DNA of 64,000 nt, from IMG/VR virus record IMGVR_UViG_3300032222_000151, positions 1 through 64,000 of that record; one strand, given 5' to 3'. Within the stretch, counting starts at the first letter, position 1. The number at the start of each line of letters is the position of its first letter. The notes under the pieces were generated by a model. The model had not been told where the DNA came from and did no database searches. It worked only from the letters and a program-made list of their open reading frames with translations. Below, in pieces: positions 43,617 to 53,984 of the stretch. Source of the stretch: a virus. Both the position numbers and the translations under genes were made by a program.

Positions 43617-44207
43617 CTAGTTGTCAACTCCAATTGCCTTACCCCAATTCTTTAGTGCCCAGTGACCAATACCGCAGGCATCGGCAACATCGTTGTCTGT
43701 AATAGTTCTATCATAGATTGTATTAATAAACTTTATTGTTCTTTCCTTGCGTAAATTTCTTTCATAAGACTTATACCAAGATACTGACTTGCCTGGATTT
43801 TGTGATCGTATATAAAGTTGCTCGTCTTTTGATATTTTTTTATTCCCAATATAGTTTTGCCATGTTATTGGAGAAACCTTGCCTATAATCTTGGTTCCAG
43901 TCTGTCCTGCTGATCCAAGTATTGCTCCTTGAACTAGTGCAAGGTCTGCTGCTGTCTTTGGGCTATTCATGAATACTGTGTGTTCAATAACAATTGCCTC
44001 AAAGCCACCATATATATCAAAGAATGCTTTTACTTTTTTGCCAGCATCCATGACCTTTTCATAAACATCATTTCCTTCAAAGTTTATCTTACCAATAGAC
44101 TCTAGACTATCTCCATCAAATAGGGCAAATGCAAGACTGTTGGTACTTGCGTCAATAGAGCAAATTCTGTTAGGCTTAACCTCTAGGCCCCACTTATTTT
44201 TTACCAT
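43617..44207 (-). CDS. RuvC-like Holliday junction resolvase
   Basis: SIDAST, IVIE, DVADACGI. Confidence 0.85.
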   Translation of the reverse strand: MVKNKWGLEVKPNRICSIDASTNSLAFALFDGDSLESIGKINFEGNDVYEKVMDAGKKVKAFFDIYGGFEAIVIEHTVFMNSPKTAADLALVQGAILGSAGQTGTKIIGKVSPITWQNYIGNKKISKDEQLYIRSQNPGKSVSWYKSYERNLRKERTIKFINTIYDRTITDNDVADACGIGHWALKNWGKAIGVDN

Positions 44208-44478
44208 TTATTCGTCCCTTTATTTCTTTTATAGCCTTACTTACTGCGTCTGGATTAACACTGCAGGATGAGCAAACTGGATCATCGTTATAGATAGACA
44301 GAGGAAGGGAACAAGACTTGCAAAGCCTTGTCTTGCCCTTTCTCTTTTGCCTTTTTGATTGCAAATATCTAGTTGCAATTTTTTCTTTTGTTGCTATATC
44401 CCTACAACTTGGAGAGCAATATATCTGATATGATACAGATGGCTCAAACTGATTGTCGCAGCATTTACAATTGTTCAC
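44194..44478 (-). CDS. Cys-rich zinc-binding protein
   Basis: CKCC...YCSPSC...CKSC...CSSC. Confidence 0.7.
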   Translation of the reverse strand: MNNCKCCDNQFEPSVSYQIYCSPSCRDIATKEKIATRYLQSKRQKRKGKTRLCKSCSLPLSIYNDDPVCSSCSVNPDAVSKAIKEIKGRINGKK

Positions 44479-45280
44479 CGAGAATCTCCAGAGGCGCTAT
44501 TTTTAATACGCCTGTACCTGCAGACTCACATGCTTTTTTAATTGGGCATGACTTGCATATCTTGGAGTTTGATCGATAGTTTTTGGTTGGCAGGGTTTTA
44601 TCTTCCCATGCCTTGCGAACTGATCTCATCCAATCAAATGCCTGGTCTACCCACCGACGGTAATGATCGTTTACATCTACTGGGATCAAAAGGAGTTCGT
44701 GATTATTTTTATTTTCATAAATCATTACACCCTTCGGTCTCTTTAGAATCTTCATGTATATAAGTAATTGCATTAGGTGGCCATTCTTTGCCTTTCCTGA
44801 TGCCTTTCTGTACTCAAAGCCCTCATTCATCATTGTCTTAATTTCACCAATGAGTTCTTCTCCTTGCCAATCAAGCATAACGTCGCCGTATCCAAAGATA
44901 GGAGGATCATCATGTTTAATCTTAAACTCTGTAGTTGCCTCATTATCTTCATCACGATATATCTTTGCCACACCAGAGTTCATCATTGCTGCTTGAATTC
45001 TTGCATGGGATAAAGTTCCAGCAGTCATGTTTGCTGCTGAATATGCATCTGCATTGTCTTCAAAAATCTGACCATCAAATGCAAGGTACCAATATCTTGC
45101 ACACTCTCCATGACCATAAGCAATGGTAGATGGCGCAAAAGTCTTTTTTGTTGTATGCTTGTCTACACGATTAATCGTATATCCTTCTTTAATCTTTGCC
45201 TCAAGTGCTGCTATATCCATGGAGTGGACTGGCTTTTCTTCTGGCTTTATCATCACTGTATGTAGTAAGTTTTTCGTCAT
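44465..45280 (-). CDS. Cas4-like PD-(D/E)XK exonuclease
   Basis: PS...C.R, H, GD...EIKT, QLLIY, C..CP...C. Confidence 0.85.
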   Translation of the reverse strand: MTKNLLHTVMIKPEEKPVHSMDIAALEAKIKEGYTINRVDKHTTKKTFAPSTIAYGHGECARYWYLAFDGQIFEDNADAYSAANMTAGTLSHARIQAAMMNSGVAKIYRDEDNEATTEFKIKHDDPPIFGYGDVMLDWQGEELIGEIKTMMNEGFEYRKASGKAKNGHLMQLLIYMKILKRPKGVMIYENKNNHELLLIPVDVNDHYRRWVDQAFDWMRSVRKAWEDKTLPTKNYRSNSKICKSCPIKKACESAGTGVLKIAPLEILGEQL

Positions 45281-45315
45281 CGTTTCTCGTTTCTATTAGT
45301 TATAATTATAGCAGA

Positions 45316-45621
45316 TTAGCGGGTGATGTACTTGAGTGCAGAGACAAGATTGTTGATTGATTCTGCTGCTGTGTAATAAAGATTTTTCTTTCCACGATCT
45401 GACTTATCTACATTGGCCATCCATGTAGCCTTAAAAGCCATCTTTGCTGCAATTGCCTGTAGTCTTACAATCTCTACAGTCGCCACATTTAGAGGAATGT
45501 CTGGCTTAATAATTATCTTGGCAATAAAAGTAAGTGCTGTTGTTAGTTCTTCGTCCTGCATGTAGTCAGCAATCTCTGCCAAACCATTTACCATATCTAT
45601 CGTTGTTTGTTGTTGTTCCAT
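45316..45621 (-). CDS. conserved hypothetical protein
   Basis: Helical, ends LVSALKY. Confidence 0.7.
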   Translation of the reverse strand: MEQQQTTIDMVNGLAEIADYMQDEELTTALTFIAKIIIKPDIPLNVATVEIVRLQAIAAKMAFKATWMANVDKSDRGKKNLYYTAAESINNLVSALKYITR

Positions 45622-45902
45622 TATTCCTCCACTAGATCTTCTAATATACTCATCTCAATTATAGCAAGTCTGACCTTTGCGTTACCCTCGCCCATAACCA
45701 CAACTATGGCTGGATCCTTGCCATTCTTCATAGCATCTGTAGTAGCCTTAGCCCAAACCTCTTTATTTAATGTAAAAGATTTTCCAACCTCTTTAAAGTC
45801 TACGACAAAGTTTTTCCAGGAAGCATCACCCTTTTGTGTGTTGCGTCCAGAGTTCTTGTGTTGTTTAGCACCAATTCTCTTTGACTCACTCTTCTCCGTC
45901 AT
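45621..45902 (-). CDS. PD-(D/E)XK Holliday junction resolvase-like protein
   Basis: E...NSG...KGD...VDFKE. Confidence 0.7.
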   Translation of the reverse strand: MTEKSESKRIGAKQHKNSGRNTQKGDASWKNFVVDFKEVGKSFTLNKEVWAKATTDAMKNGKDPAIVVVMGEGNAKVRLAIIEMSILEDLVEE

Positions 45903-46062
45903 TGCCCTTCCATTTCTGCTTACCAAACTTAACGGTACTTAAATGCTTTTCTTTGCACATCCAAGTTGCTGTTTTTGTTTCTGCATAAAGTCTAAGAGTT
46001 CTAACTTCTGTTTTACATGTATGACAAACAAATTTTCCATTATAAACAGTAAAGTTACCCAT
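45886..46062 (-). CDS. small zinc-ribbon protein (58 aa)
   Basis: CHTC...WMC..KH. Confidence 0.6.
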   Translation of the reverse strand: MGNFTVYNGKFVCHTCKTEVRTLRLYAETKTATWMCKEKHLSTVKFGKQKWKGNDGEE

Positions 46063-47065
46063 TTAGTTTTGCCTTGATTGATTCTTGCAAGTCAAGATCC
46101 TCTCTTACACGATTGACGAATGCTTCCTTACCTTGAACCTTTGAACCATCAGGAAGTATGTACCATGCTCCTGTTCGCTCCACAATACCATTTAATTCAG
46201 CAGTAGTAACAAGATCACCGATGGTGTCAAGACCAATATCGTCACCTCTAAAATAAAAATCATACTCGCCAGATTGAAACCCTGGGGAGGTTTTTGAGAA
46301 CTGTAGTTCCCACTTAATAGTTCTGCCAATTTTTTCTTCAATTAATTTATCTCCTACCTTGATCTTGCCCTTAATCGCTTGATTGTCTGACTCTGAAGAA
46401 AAGAGTTTAATAATACATGAGGAATAAAACTTAGTAGCCTGACCACCAGAAGGCTGCTGGCTAGTATACATAGCATTGATATTGTTACGAGACTGAGAAA
46501 TAAGAACAAGCAGAGTTGGCTTAACTTTATTGTTTGCATAGTTAAGCATTTTCCATGCGTTACTAAAGTCACGAGATTCGGCTCCAATCTGTTTAGTGTT
46601 TTCTAATGCCTTCATTTCATCTGTATCTTTTTCAAAATAGATTGCAGGAAGCATTGATGTAATAGAGTCTACCACAATTAGATCAACTCCCGCATTCATT
46701 AATCCGACACCTACATCTACCATGTCACTAATAGTTCTTGCTTGTGAGTAGATTAGTTTTTCTGGATCTACACCTAAAGTTCTGGCCCAGTCTTCTGAGT
46801 ATGACATCTCTGAGTCAATCCACGCACACAACTTGCCCTCTGCCTGAGCAAGAGCAATCATCTGAAGGCACATAGAAGACTTTGCAGAGGACTTTGATCC
46901 CCAAATAAGAACCTGTCTGCCGTAAGGAAGACCACCACCAAGAGCACGGTTCAATCCAAAACTAGGAGTAGGTTGATACTCATAATTGACTCCTACGCCA
47001 CTGCCCAATCTCTTTCTTAACTTGGGATCTAACTGTGCTAACGCTTCTTCGATACTAACTGACAT
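46055..47065 (-). CDS. recA: RecA/UvsX-like recombinase
   Basis: LGGGLPYGR, GSKSSAKS, WIDSE, IVVDS, ISQ.R, GAWY. Confidence 0.92.
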   Translation of the reverse strand: MSVSIEEALAQLDPKLRKRLGSGVGVNYEYQPTPSFGLNRALGGGLPYGRQVLIWGSKSSAKSSMCLQMIALAQAEGKLCAWIDSEMSYSEDWARTLGVDPEKLIYSQARTISDMVDVGVGLMNAGVDLIVVDSITSMLPAIYFEKDTDEMKALENTKQIGAESRDFSNAWKMLNYANNKVKPTLLVLISQSRNNINAMYTSQQPSGGQATKFYSSCIIKLFSSESDNQAIKGKIKVGDKLIEEKIGRTIKWELQFSKTSPGFQSGEYDFYFRGDDIGLDTIGDLVTTAELNGIVERTGAWYILPDGSKVQGKEAFVNRVREDLDLQESIKAKLNG

Positions 47066-50000
47066 GTACATCCTCCAATGTTACGGTTCCGTCTTTAGTC
47101 TTGCCAAAATCAAACTTGTACGATTTTCCTTCTTCAATATGCATGTATGCTTTTGCAAACGCCGTAGGAAAAACTGTAATAGAATGTAGGTCTCTGCTTG
47201 TATCTGCAAGCGTAAGAGATGCCATTTTCTTTCCAGTCTTTGTAATTCTTGGTTTAAAAGAAACTACAAACATTTCATCATCCTTGTATGGAAGTTGCTT
47301 ATAACTTAAGAACTTCACAAGAGCATGAGATGATTCTTTTATCTCATCTGAAGGTATGAAAGATACAATCCTGTTATCATTACAAAGAACCAGATAAGAG
47401 CGACCCGTTTCAATAGTTGTATTTTCATCATCAAATATACCGACACTGCCAGTCTTGTCCAAAATTTCAACTCGTGACCATCCTGTTCCTCGCTTAATTG
47501 ATTTTACCATACCCATAAAAATGTATGAACCCTTTTCTTCAAAATCTACAATGTCCTGAATAAAGGCATAGTAGTGTGAAGGTATTGTGATGTTAAACTC
47601 TGGAAGGTTTAAGTATTCATATAGGTTTTCTTTTATTTGCTGATCATCTCTAGGATTATCATTGAAAGTCGCTGCACCAATTGCATTTAGTGCTTGAAGT
47701 GCACGACTGTTTACTCCATTTCCTTTTGTAAATGTGAATTCTTCAAGTTCTTTAAACGAACGGAATGGTCGTGCTGAAATGTATCGTTCACCAATCTTGT
47801 CAGATATGTACTTGATAGCACTGAGTCCAAACCGAATGCCTTTACCCTCAATTTTAAAATCGATATCCGAATCATTAATATGAGGCAGTTTAATGCTAAT
47901 GCCCATTCTCTTTGCTTCAATAAGGTATTCAGTTCTTGCATCCTTGTCCTTTTCATTCTTTAGCACTGAGTACATAAACTCAAGTGGGTAATAATACTTT
48001 AGCCATGCTGTCCAGTAAGATAGCGTTGAGTATGCTACTGCGTGAGACTTGTTAAACGAGTACCCTGCGTGAGCCTCAAAGTCATGCCACAAATCAAGGG
48101 CAAGGTTTGGAGAGATAAACTTTGATGCACCCTCTACGAACTTTTCCTTAAACTGATCAAATTCTTTAGCATCTTTTTTCTTTCCAATGATCTTTCTAAC
48201 TTTATCTGCTTCCGACATGGACATGCCGCCAAGGTGTACGCATGCTTGCATAACTTGTTCCTGGTAAAGAATACAGCCATAGGTGTCCTCCGTAAATTGT
48301 TTTAGTACTTGGTGGGTGTATGAAATACCCTGCCTACCATGCTTTCTATCAACATAGTCTTTTCCAATAGTGTTCATCGCTCCTGGACGAACAAGAGCGT
48401 TTGATGCTGCAAGTTCGTTTAGGTTCTTAACACCCATCTTAACAAGAAGGTTGGTGTATGGTGCTGCTTCACACTGAAACACACCCTTAGTATATCCATC
48501 AGACAGCATTTGATAAACATTTGCATCATCCATCTTGATTTTAAGAAGATCAATCTTCTTTCCATCTCGCTCTTTAATTATATCAATAGTGTTCTTGAGA
48601 ACTGATAGTGTCTTAAGACCAAGTGCATCAATCTTAATCAAACCAATTCTTTCAGCCTCTTCCATGTCAACACCAACAACAGGAATTCTTTCATCTGACC
48701 CTGTAGAAGATCTTGTTTCTAGTGGTGCGTATCTAAAGATTGGTTCTTTTGCAGTCACAACACCAGCAGCATGGATTCCTGTTCCACGAATGCGACCACG
48801 AAGTTGTTCTCCATAAATCTCTACTTCTGGATACTTTTCACGAAACTCGTATGTTGATTTTGATGTGCAGAAGTCATCCCATGAGTCTACAGTCTTTAGA
48901 ACCTTGTTTACATCTGATAGTGGGATGTTCAATACTCGTGCAACATCTCTAACAATTCCTTTACCAGTAAACTCAAGGAAAGTGGCAATAGATGCAACAT
49001 GTCGATACTGTCTAACTAGATAGTCTTTAACTTCTTCACGACGAGTATCTTGAATATCTGTATCGATATCTGGAAAGTCATTACGCTCTGGATTAATAAA
49101 ACGGAAGAACAAAAGATTATGCTCAATAGGATCAATGTCTGTAATCTTTAATGCATAACAAACAAGAGAGCCAGCAGAGGAACCACGACCTGGCCCAACC
49201 ATAATCTCTTCCTTCTTTGCCCAGTTGATCATGTTACTTACAACAAGGAAGTATGGAGCAAACTTCTTATCCTTAATAATTTGTAGTTCTTCTTCAAGTC
49301 TGTCAAGGTACTCTTGGTTTTCTGACAGACCACGCTCTGCCAAACCTTCTAGCGCAACCTTAGCAAGTTCCTTGTCTGGACTCTTGTACTGTACTGGTAG
49401 AAGGTTTAGTCCTTCTTGAATGCCATAGTCTCCTACTGTCTCTGCTAATAGGAGTGTGTTTGAGTAGATGTCTGGTCGATCAATACCCTGCGATTCCATC
49501 GCTGCCTTAATCTCTTCATAAGAAAGCAGATGAATATCAAACTTATTGAATGTAATCTGACGGTCTTCGCCATAAAGATAATCAAGGCGCTCCATCATGC
49601 TGCCTTTTTTCTTTGACTTCTCATATGTTGCATCTTTTACAAACTTGCCGTGTGTGTTCATAAGTAACTTAAACTCTTGAACTTCTTTTTGTGATGGATC
49701 AACATGGTGGCAGTCTGGTGTAACAATAACCTTAATACCAAACTCGTCTGCAAGTTCTATCAAATACTTATTAATGTGTGCTTCGTTGTGAGGCATAACC
49801 TCAATGTAGTAGTCATCAGCAAAGCGTTCTTTAAACCAAGAGATGTATTTCTTGGCAAGAGCAAACTCTTCTTCCTCAAGCGCTTTAACTAAAACGCTAC
49901 TTGGACAAGCAGAAGAAACAATAATTCCTTCTTTATATTTTTCCAATATAGTAAAATCAAATCTTGGCTTTTTAAAGTATCCATCTGTCCAAGATAGTTC

Positions 50001-50330
50001 ACTAATCTTGTTTAGGTTTTCTAAACCAATTTGATTCTTGGCTAGAAGGATAATGTGGTTATAGACAAGATCTTGCTGACCTTCTCTTTCAGACTTATCT
50101 CTTTTATCAGATATGTCTGCACACATGTATCCTTCTAGACCTAGAATTGGCTTAATGCCCTTTGCTTTTGCAATACGGTGCAGTTCCCTATGCCCAGATA
50201 AAGTACCGTGGTCAGTGATGGCTATTGCAGGCATCCCTAACTCAACTGCACGGTTCACGTATTCTTCTGGAGTAGCAATCCCATCAAATAAACTAAAATG
50301 GGTGTGGACATGTAAGCCGACGTAGTTCAT
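47055..50330 (-). CDS. dnaE: DNA polymerase III alpha subunit
   Basis: PHP HVHT..S..DG, TDHG, GRGSSAGS, PDIDTD, HAAG, KIDALGL, YSFNKSHA. Confidence 0.97.
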   Translation of the reverse strand: MNYVGLHVHTHFSLFDGIATPEEYVNRAVELGMPAIAITDHGTLSGHRELHRIAKAKGIKPILGLEGYMCADISDKRDKSEREGQQDLVYNHIILLAKNQIGLENLNKISELSWTDGYFKKPRFDFTILEKYKEGIIVSSACPSSVLVKALEEEEFALAKKYISWFKERFADDYYIEVMPHNEAHINKYLIELADEFGIKVIVTPDCHHVDPSQKEVQEFKLLMNTHGKFVKDATYEKSKKKGSMMERLDYLYGEDRQITFNKFDIHLLSYEEIKAAMESQGIDRPDIYSNTLLLAETVGDYGIQEGLNLLPVQYKSPDKELAKVALEGLAERGLSENQEYLDRLEEELQIIKDKKFAPYFLVVSNMINWAKKEEIMVGPGRGSSAGSLVCYALKITDIDPIEHNLLFFRFINPERNDFPDIDTDIQDTRREEVKDYLVRQYRHVASIATFLEFTGKGIVRDVARVLNIPLSDVNKVLKTVDSWDDFCTSKSTYEFREKYPEVEIYGEQLRGRIRGTGIHAAGVVTAKEPIFRYAPLETRSSTGSDERIPVVGVDMEEAERIGLIKIDALGLKTLSVLKNTIDIIKERDGKKIDLLKIKMDDANVYQMLSDGYTKGVFQCEAAPYTNLLVKMGVKNLNELAASNALVRPGAMNTIGKDYVDRKHGRQGISYTHQVLKQFTEDTYGCILYQEQVMQACVHLGGMSMSEADKVRKIIGKKKDAKEFDQFKEKFVEGASKFISPNLALDLWHDFEAHAGYSFNKSHAVAYSTLSYWTAWLKYYYPLEFMYSVLKNEKDKDARTEYLIEAKRMGISIKLPHINDSDIDFKIEGKGIRFGLSAIKYISDKIGERYISARPFRSFKELEEFTFTKGNGVNSRALQALNAIGAATFNDNPRDDQQIKENLYEYLNLPEFNITIPSHYYAFIQDIVDFEEKGSYIFMGMVKSIKRGTGWSRVEILDKTGSVGIFDDENTTIETGRSYLVLCNDNRIVSFIPSDEIKESSHALVKFLSYKQLPYKDDEMFVVSFKPRITKTGKKMASLTLADTSRDLHSITVFPTAFAKAYMHIEEGKSYKFDFGKTKDGTVTLEDVHVS

Positions 50331-50331
50331 A

Positions 50332-50988
50332 TTACCAATCTGCGTTGGTAGATGAAGTTACAGATGGGCCATCAAAGCCCAAATAGTATGCTTCTTGCTC
50401 GGCATAAGGAATCTTCTTAAGTGCTGACTCAAGAGGATAAGGCTCAATGTCCTTCCAATCAAATGGTTCCTTGTCTGGTGCTGATGGAATAAGTGTGTAA
50501 TTAGTTTCAGTTCCCTGACCATTACGCTTTAACTTCCATAGTACGTTTGAGATGCTACCTGTTTCTAGTGCATACTCACGAATTGTATTGAATGATGACT
50601 GCTTGCTGATACCCATTGACCAGATTGCAACATATGGTGCTTCAATTCCATCGTCAACTAATACGTTGCAATAGAAGCGAAGACGGCCACGCCATCCAGC
50701 CTTTGGATCCTTGCGGTGCATTTCTTCTGCCCAGTCACGGCCTTCTGATTCCATTGTATCTACAGCCTTGCGCTTATAGTCCTTTGGATTTACGTGCTCC
50801 TTAACAACAAGTGCTAGTCCACGCTTTTCGTTATAGTTTGCAGAATCTTCATCGAGTTCTTCAATGAATCGAATCTTTACAGACTGACCATCTGCAAGTT
50901 TTAGCCACTTTACCTTTGGCCCGTCGTTTTCATACTTTGGCTTGTCGAGCAGGGCATTAATGTTCTTGAGTCCCTTTACTACGCTCAT
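50332..50988 (-). CDS. single-stranded DNA-binding protein (gp32-like)
   Basis: WLKL.DG.S..IRF, KRNG.GT.T.Y, acidic/Trp tail; located between primase and polymerase. Confidence 0.75.
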   Translation of the reverse strand: MSVVKGLKNINALLDKPKYENDGPKVKWLKLADGQSVKIRFIEELDEDSANYNEKRGLALVVKEHVNPKDYKRKAVDTMESEGRDWAEEMHRKDPKAGWRGRLRFYCNVLVDDGIEAPYVAIWSMGISKQSSFNTIREYALETGSISNVLWKLKRNGQGTETNYTLIPSAPDKEPFDWKDIEPYPLESALKKIPYAEQEAYYLGFDGPSVTSSTNADW

Positions 50989-51011
50989 ATTATTCTCCTT
51001 TGTTTGTTATA

Positions 51012-51956
51012 TTAGTTTAGCATAACTGATATGGATTTGTCAAACTGAAACTCCAAACCTGCAAGTTCATCATCTGGCATATCTCCAATATCTTTATACT
51101 GATTGTTTAGTTTAATAACAGAAACACGGCTAGAAAGTTTTTCAACTATCCTATCCTTCATGTTTCCTCCCGCCTCATCGTTATCAGCAATAACAATTAT
51201 GTTATTGAAATACTTCTGAAGCAATTCTATTTGTGTGCTTGAAACATTAGCGCCAAGAGTTGCTACTGCTGGCAAACCAACCTGATCAAGCCTGATGGCA
51301 TCAAATGAAGACTCCACTACATATACTCTATCAGATTTCTTAACACGATGCAAGTTAAAAAGTGTTTTACTTTTTGGAAGTCCTGGAGTATTTTTAAAAT
51401 CTTTTCCTTCAATAGATCTTCCAACAAACCCTAGTGGTATTCCGTCTGGGCTATGAACTGGAACGGTAACCATGTCTTGTTTTTCTGAATACCCTAATGC
51501 AAACTTAATACATGAAGACTTTTCAATTTTTCTATATGTAAAATAATTTTTTGCTCTTTCAGAAGCAACTAGATTATTATGCAATCTTTTAATGATTAAC
51601 TCATCAAATGTTTTGTACTGCTCTTCTTTTACAAGAACCTTATCAATTTCTGTAGTAATATTGGTTAACTTTTCTTTGCTTTTGATAAATCTTGCAGACT
51701 CAAAGTATGTTCTTCCAGATGTGTGCATGACTAATTCTATAAGGTCTGCAGATTTTTGACAAGAAAAACAGAAAAACATTCCGCTATCTTTTTGTACTTC
51801 TCCTGCTGGTGTTCTGTGATTATTATGAAATGGACAAAAGATCATGTAGTCTGCATCAAGTTCAGACTCTACTGTTATACCCGATCCTGTAAGGACTCTT
51901 TTGACTTGCTCTGCTGTGTATAGATTGGCTTGATTCCGTCTACCCCTGCTATCCAT
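51012..51956 (-). CDS. DNA primase
   Basis: CPFH...CFSC zinc finger, FVGR, VVES.FD, DND.AG toprim, KD..D. Confidence 0.93.
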   Translation of the reverse strand: MDSRGRRNQANLYTAEQVKRVLTGSGITVESELDADYMIFCPFHNNHRTPAGEVQKDSGMFFCFSCQKSADLIELVMHTSGRTYFESARFIKSKEKLTNITTEIDKVLVKEEQYKTFDELIIKRLHNNLVASERAKNYFTYRKIEKSSCIKFALGYSEKQDMVTVPVHSPDGIPLGFVGRSIEGKDFKNTPGLPKSKTLFNLHRVKKSDRVYVVESSFDAIRLDQVGLPAVATLGANVSSTQIELLQKYFNNIIVIADNDEAGGNMKDRIVEKLSSRVSVIKLNNQYKDIGDMPDDELAGLEFQFDKSISVMLN

Positions 51957-52228
51957 TCACTATTCCTTTTCCCTGCGTAAACTGCATGTATTGATAATTC
52001 AAACTCAAAAACTTTCTTCTTATCATTATATCCTATTGTGAAGTCTGGGTCAAGGTCAAGCCTTGGAACATATCCACTTAGCCTCATTTCTGATACTAAT
52101 AGTCTTATGTATTCTAATTTTAGTCTGCCAATTGCTGCTTCATCGTGAATAACCCCATCAAGATAGAACTTCTTGATAGCCTTATGGTGATAGAAGGTTG
52201 GAGAGTTAATCTCTTTGCTTTTGGACAT
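51875..52228 (-). CDS. conserved hypothetical protein
   Basis: MR..GYVP.LD.D motif in the replication operon. Confidence 0.7.
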   Translation of the reverse strand: MSKSKEINSPTFYHHKAIKKFYLDGVIHDEAAIGRLKLEYIRLLVSEMRLSGYVPRLDLDPDFTIGYNDKKKVFEFELSIHAVYAGKRNSEWIAGVDGIKPIYTQQSKSKESLQDRV

Positions 52229-52240
52229 ACCATATTATAA

Positions 52241-53461
52241 CTACTTATCTTCAAAATCTTTGTACCTATAGTATCCCTTGTCGAAGTCACACTGGACCAA
52301 AAAGTCTCCCATAAATCCGTTACGGTTCTTCCTAAATGCACATTCGATAATGTCGCTGTTTGCTCCACGGCCTAGGGCAAGAACCCAGTCAGCATCATAG
52401 GCAATCTGTCTAGACCATGCCGTTTGACCCAGTGTAGGGACTGTGGAGAGGTCGTTAACATCATCTGGTGTTGCAGATGAGATAGCAATAATTGGAACTT
52501 CTTCACCAATAGCCATTAATTTAAGTTCTCTTGAAAGGTTCTTCATTCGTACCGTTTCATTATCTGACTTCTGATTAGGAGCCATCAACTGAAGGTAGTC
52601 AACGATTACAAAGTCTGGCTTGTACTGATCAATCTTTCCACGAAGAACAGAAGGGTTGATTTCTCCACCACTATCATTTGAGATAATGTGAAACTCTGGC
52701 TTGCCAGCAAGGTTATTTGCATGCCAATCTTTTAACATGTCAATCTCAATCTCGCCGTTACTAATCTTTCTGTGTGACCACCTGCCTTCGCCCATAATTG
52801 TAAACACACGATTACGAACTTCTGTCTCAGACATTTCAAGAGAGATTACCATTGGAGACTTGCCCTGCTTCCATGCTTGAACAGCAAAGTAAAGTGCAAG
52901 CCATGACTTTCCAATACCTGGGTATGCAAGGAACACACCAAGTTGTCCTGGCATAATTCCAGAGGGTAGGTAGTTATCAAAACCTGGAAGACCTGTCTTA
53001 ATTCCAGAAAGTCCTAGTGCTTGCTGCTTCTTAACATTTTCAAAGTAAGCAATTGCAGACTCAAGATCTGTTACATCGATATCACGAATTGCAGCAGTAT
53101 TCTTTTTTAGTTCTGATGTCTTTGTGATTAGTTCGTTAAGCGCACCAGTTCCATTATTGTTCTGAATCTCTGATGCTGCTGATCTAATAATATCTTTAAG
53201 GCTGTCTGTCAGGTACTCTCCCTGAAGTTCTTCAAGGTGATGCTTTGTCGCACCTACACCTGCTACTGGCTCAAAGTCTCTAAACTTCTCTGTAACAAGT
53301 TCTGCTGGTGGAAGCACTGAGTTGTTCTCAAAATATAGTCTTACAAAGTTCCAAATGTCTCCGTGAGTTCTTAGAAGATTGTCAACATTTGCCTGAAGAA
53401 GAACATGGATCTGTTTGTCTTTCAGAACAGCCGTAAGTAGTTTTGCCTCTGTGTTATTCAC
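52241..53461 (-). CDS. DnaB-like replicative helicase
   Basis: AYPGIGKS, SLEM, VDYLQLM, SRELK, AYDAD, KNR.G. Confidence 0.95.
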   Translation of the reverse strand: MNNTEAKLLTAVLKDKQIHVLLQANVDNLLRTHGDIWNFVRLYFENNSVLPPAELVTEKFRDFEPVAGVGATKHHLEELQGEYLTDSLKDIIRSAASEIQNNNGTGALNELITKTSELKKNTAAIRDIDVTDLESAIAYFENVKKQQALGLSGIKTGLPGFDNYLPSGIMPGQLGVFLAYPGIGKSWLALYFAVQAWKQGKSPMVISLEMSETEVRNRVFTIMGEGRWSHRKISNGEIEIDMLKDWHANNLAGKPEFHIISNDSGGEINPSVLRGKIDQYKPDFVIVDYLQLMAPNQKSDNETVRMKNLSRELKLMAIGEEVPIIAISSATPDDVNDLSTVPTLGQTAWSRQIAYDADWVLALGRGANSDIIECAFRKNRNGFMGDFLVQCDFDKGYYRYKDFEDK

Positions 53462-53762
53462 TTAACCACTCCTTTGCCATTCGTCTGCGTTCTGCTCTTT
53501 CTTCACTGTCTTTAACTTTGTCTTTTTGTGCCTGCAATATTTTTTCTGCATTATATGCAAAGTAATTCCACGATGGATTCTCTGCAACTGAAAAGTAATA
53601 CTCAAGTATATCGTAGCATCCTGGTAATGTATATGACTCAACAAGGGCATCTGATGCCCATTGCTCTACATTAAGGTTTAGGGATGGCTTTGATTCGTAC
53701 CTTGCGGTATGATACTTGCTGTATCTTGAAAGCAAAGCCATGCGGTCTTTGCGTTCTGCCAT
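53454..53762 (-). CDS. hypothetical protein (possible helicase loader)
   Basis: Directly upstream of the helicase; function inferred from synteny only. Confidence 0.5.
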   Translation of the reverse strand: MAERKDRMALLSRYSKYHTARYESKPSLNLNVEQWASDALVESYTLPGCYDILEYYFSVAENPSWNYFAYNAEKILQAQKDKVKDSEERAERRRMAKEWLSE

Positions 53763-53971
53763 TATCCTTCAGCAGCCTCCGATTGGGCTTCAAGAATCTT
53801 TGCAGTTAGTTTATCTTCAACAAACTTGTAGACTCGCTCAAAAGCCTGATCAGTGTTTTCTCCATCACGCTTTGAATCTACAACTCCAAGATCTAGTCTT
53901 AGTGATTGAAAGTTTCCTAGGTTAAGTGTGTACCCAAGTGTTACAGATACCTTTGTTGATTCGTTTTCCAT
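53762..53971 (-). CDS. conserved hypothetical protein
   Basis: TLNLGNFQSLRLD motif; start MENEST. Confidence 0.75.
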   Translation of the reverse strand: MENESTKVSVTLGYTLNLGNFQSLRLDLGVVDSKRDGENTDQAFERVYKFVEDKLTAKILEAQSEAAEG

Positions 53972-53984
53972 TTTATACCCTTCG

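Noticed and set aside
44465-45280. Cas4-like nuclease as a sign of a CRISPR system
   Set aside because: No repeat-spacer array or other cas genes seen. It lies in the RecA/RuvC recombination operon, as solo phage Cas4-like exonucleases commonly do.
47055-50330. Intein or intron in dnaE (also terL, helicase, recA)
   Set aside because: Lengths are ordinary, motifs are contiguous and no C/S...HN splice junctions were seen.
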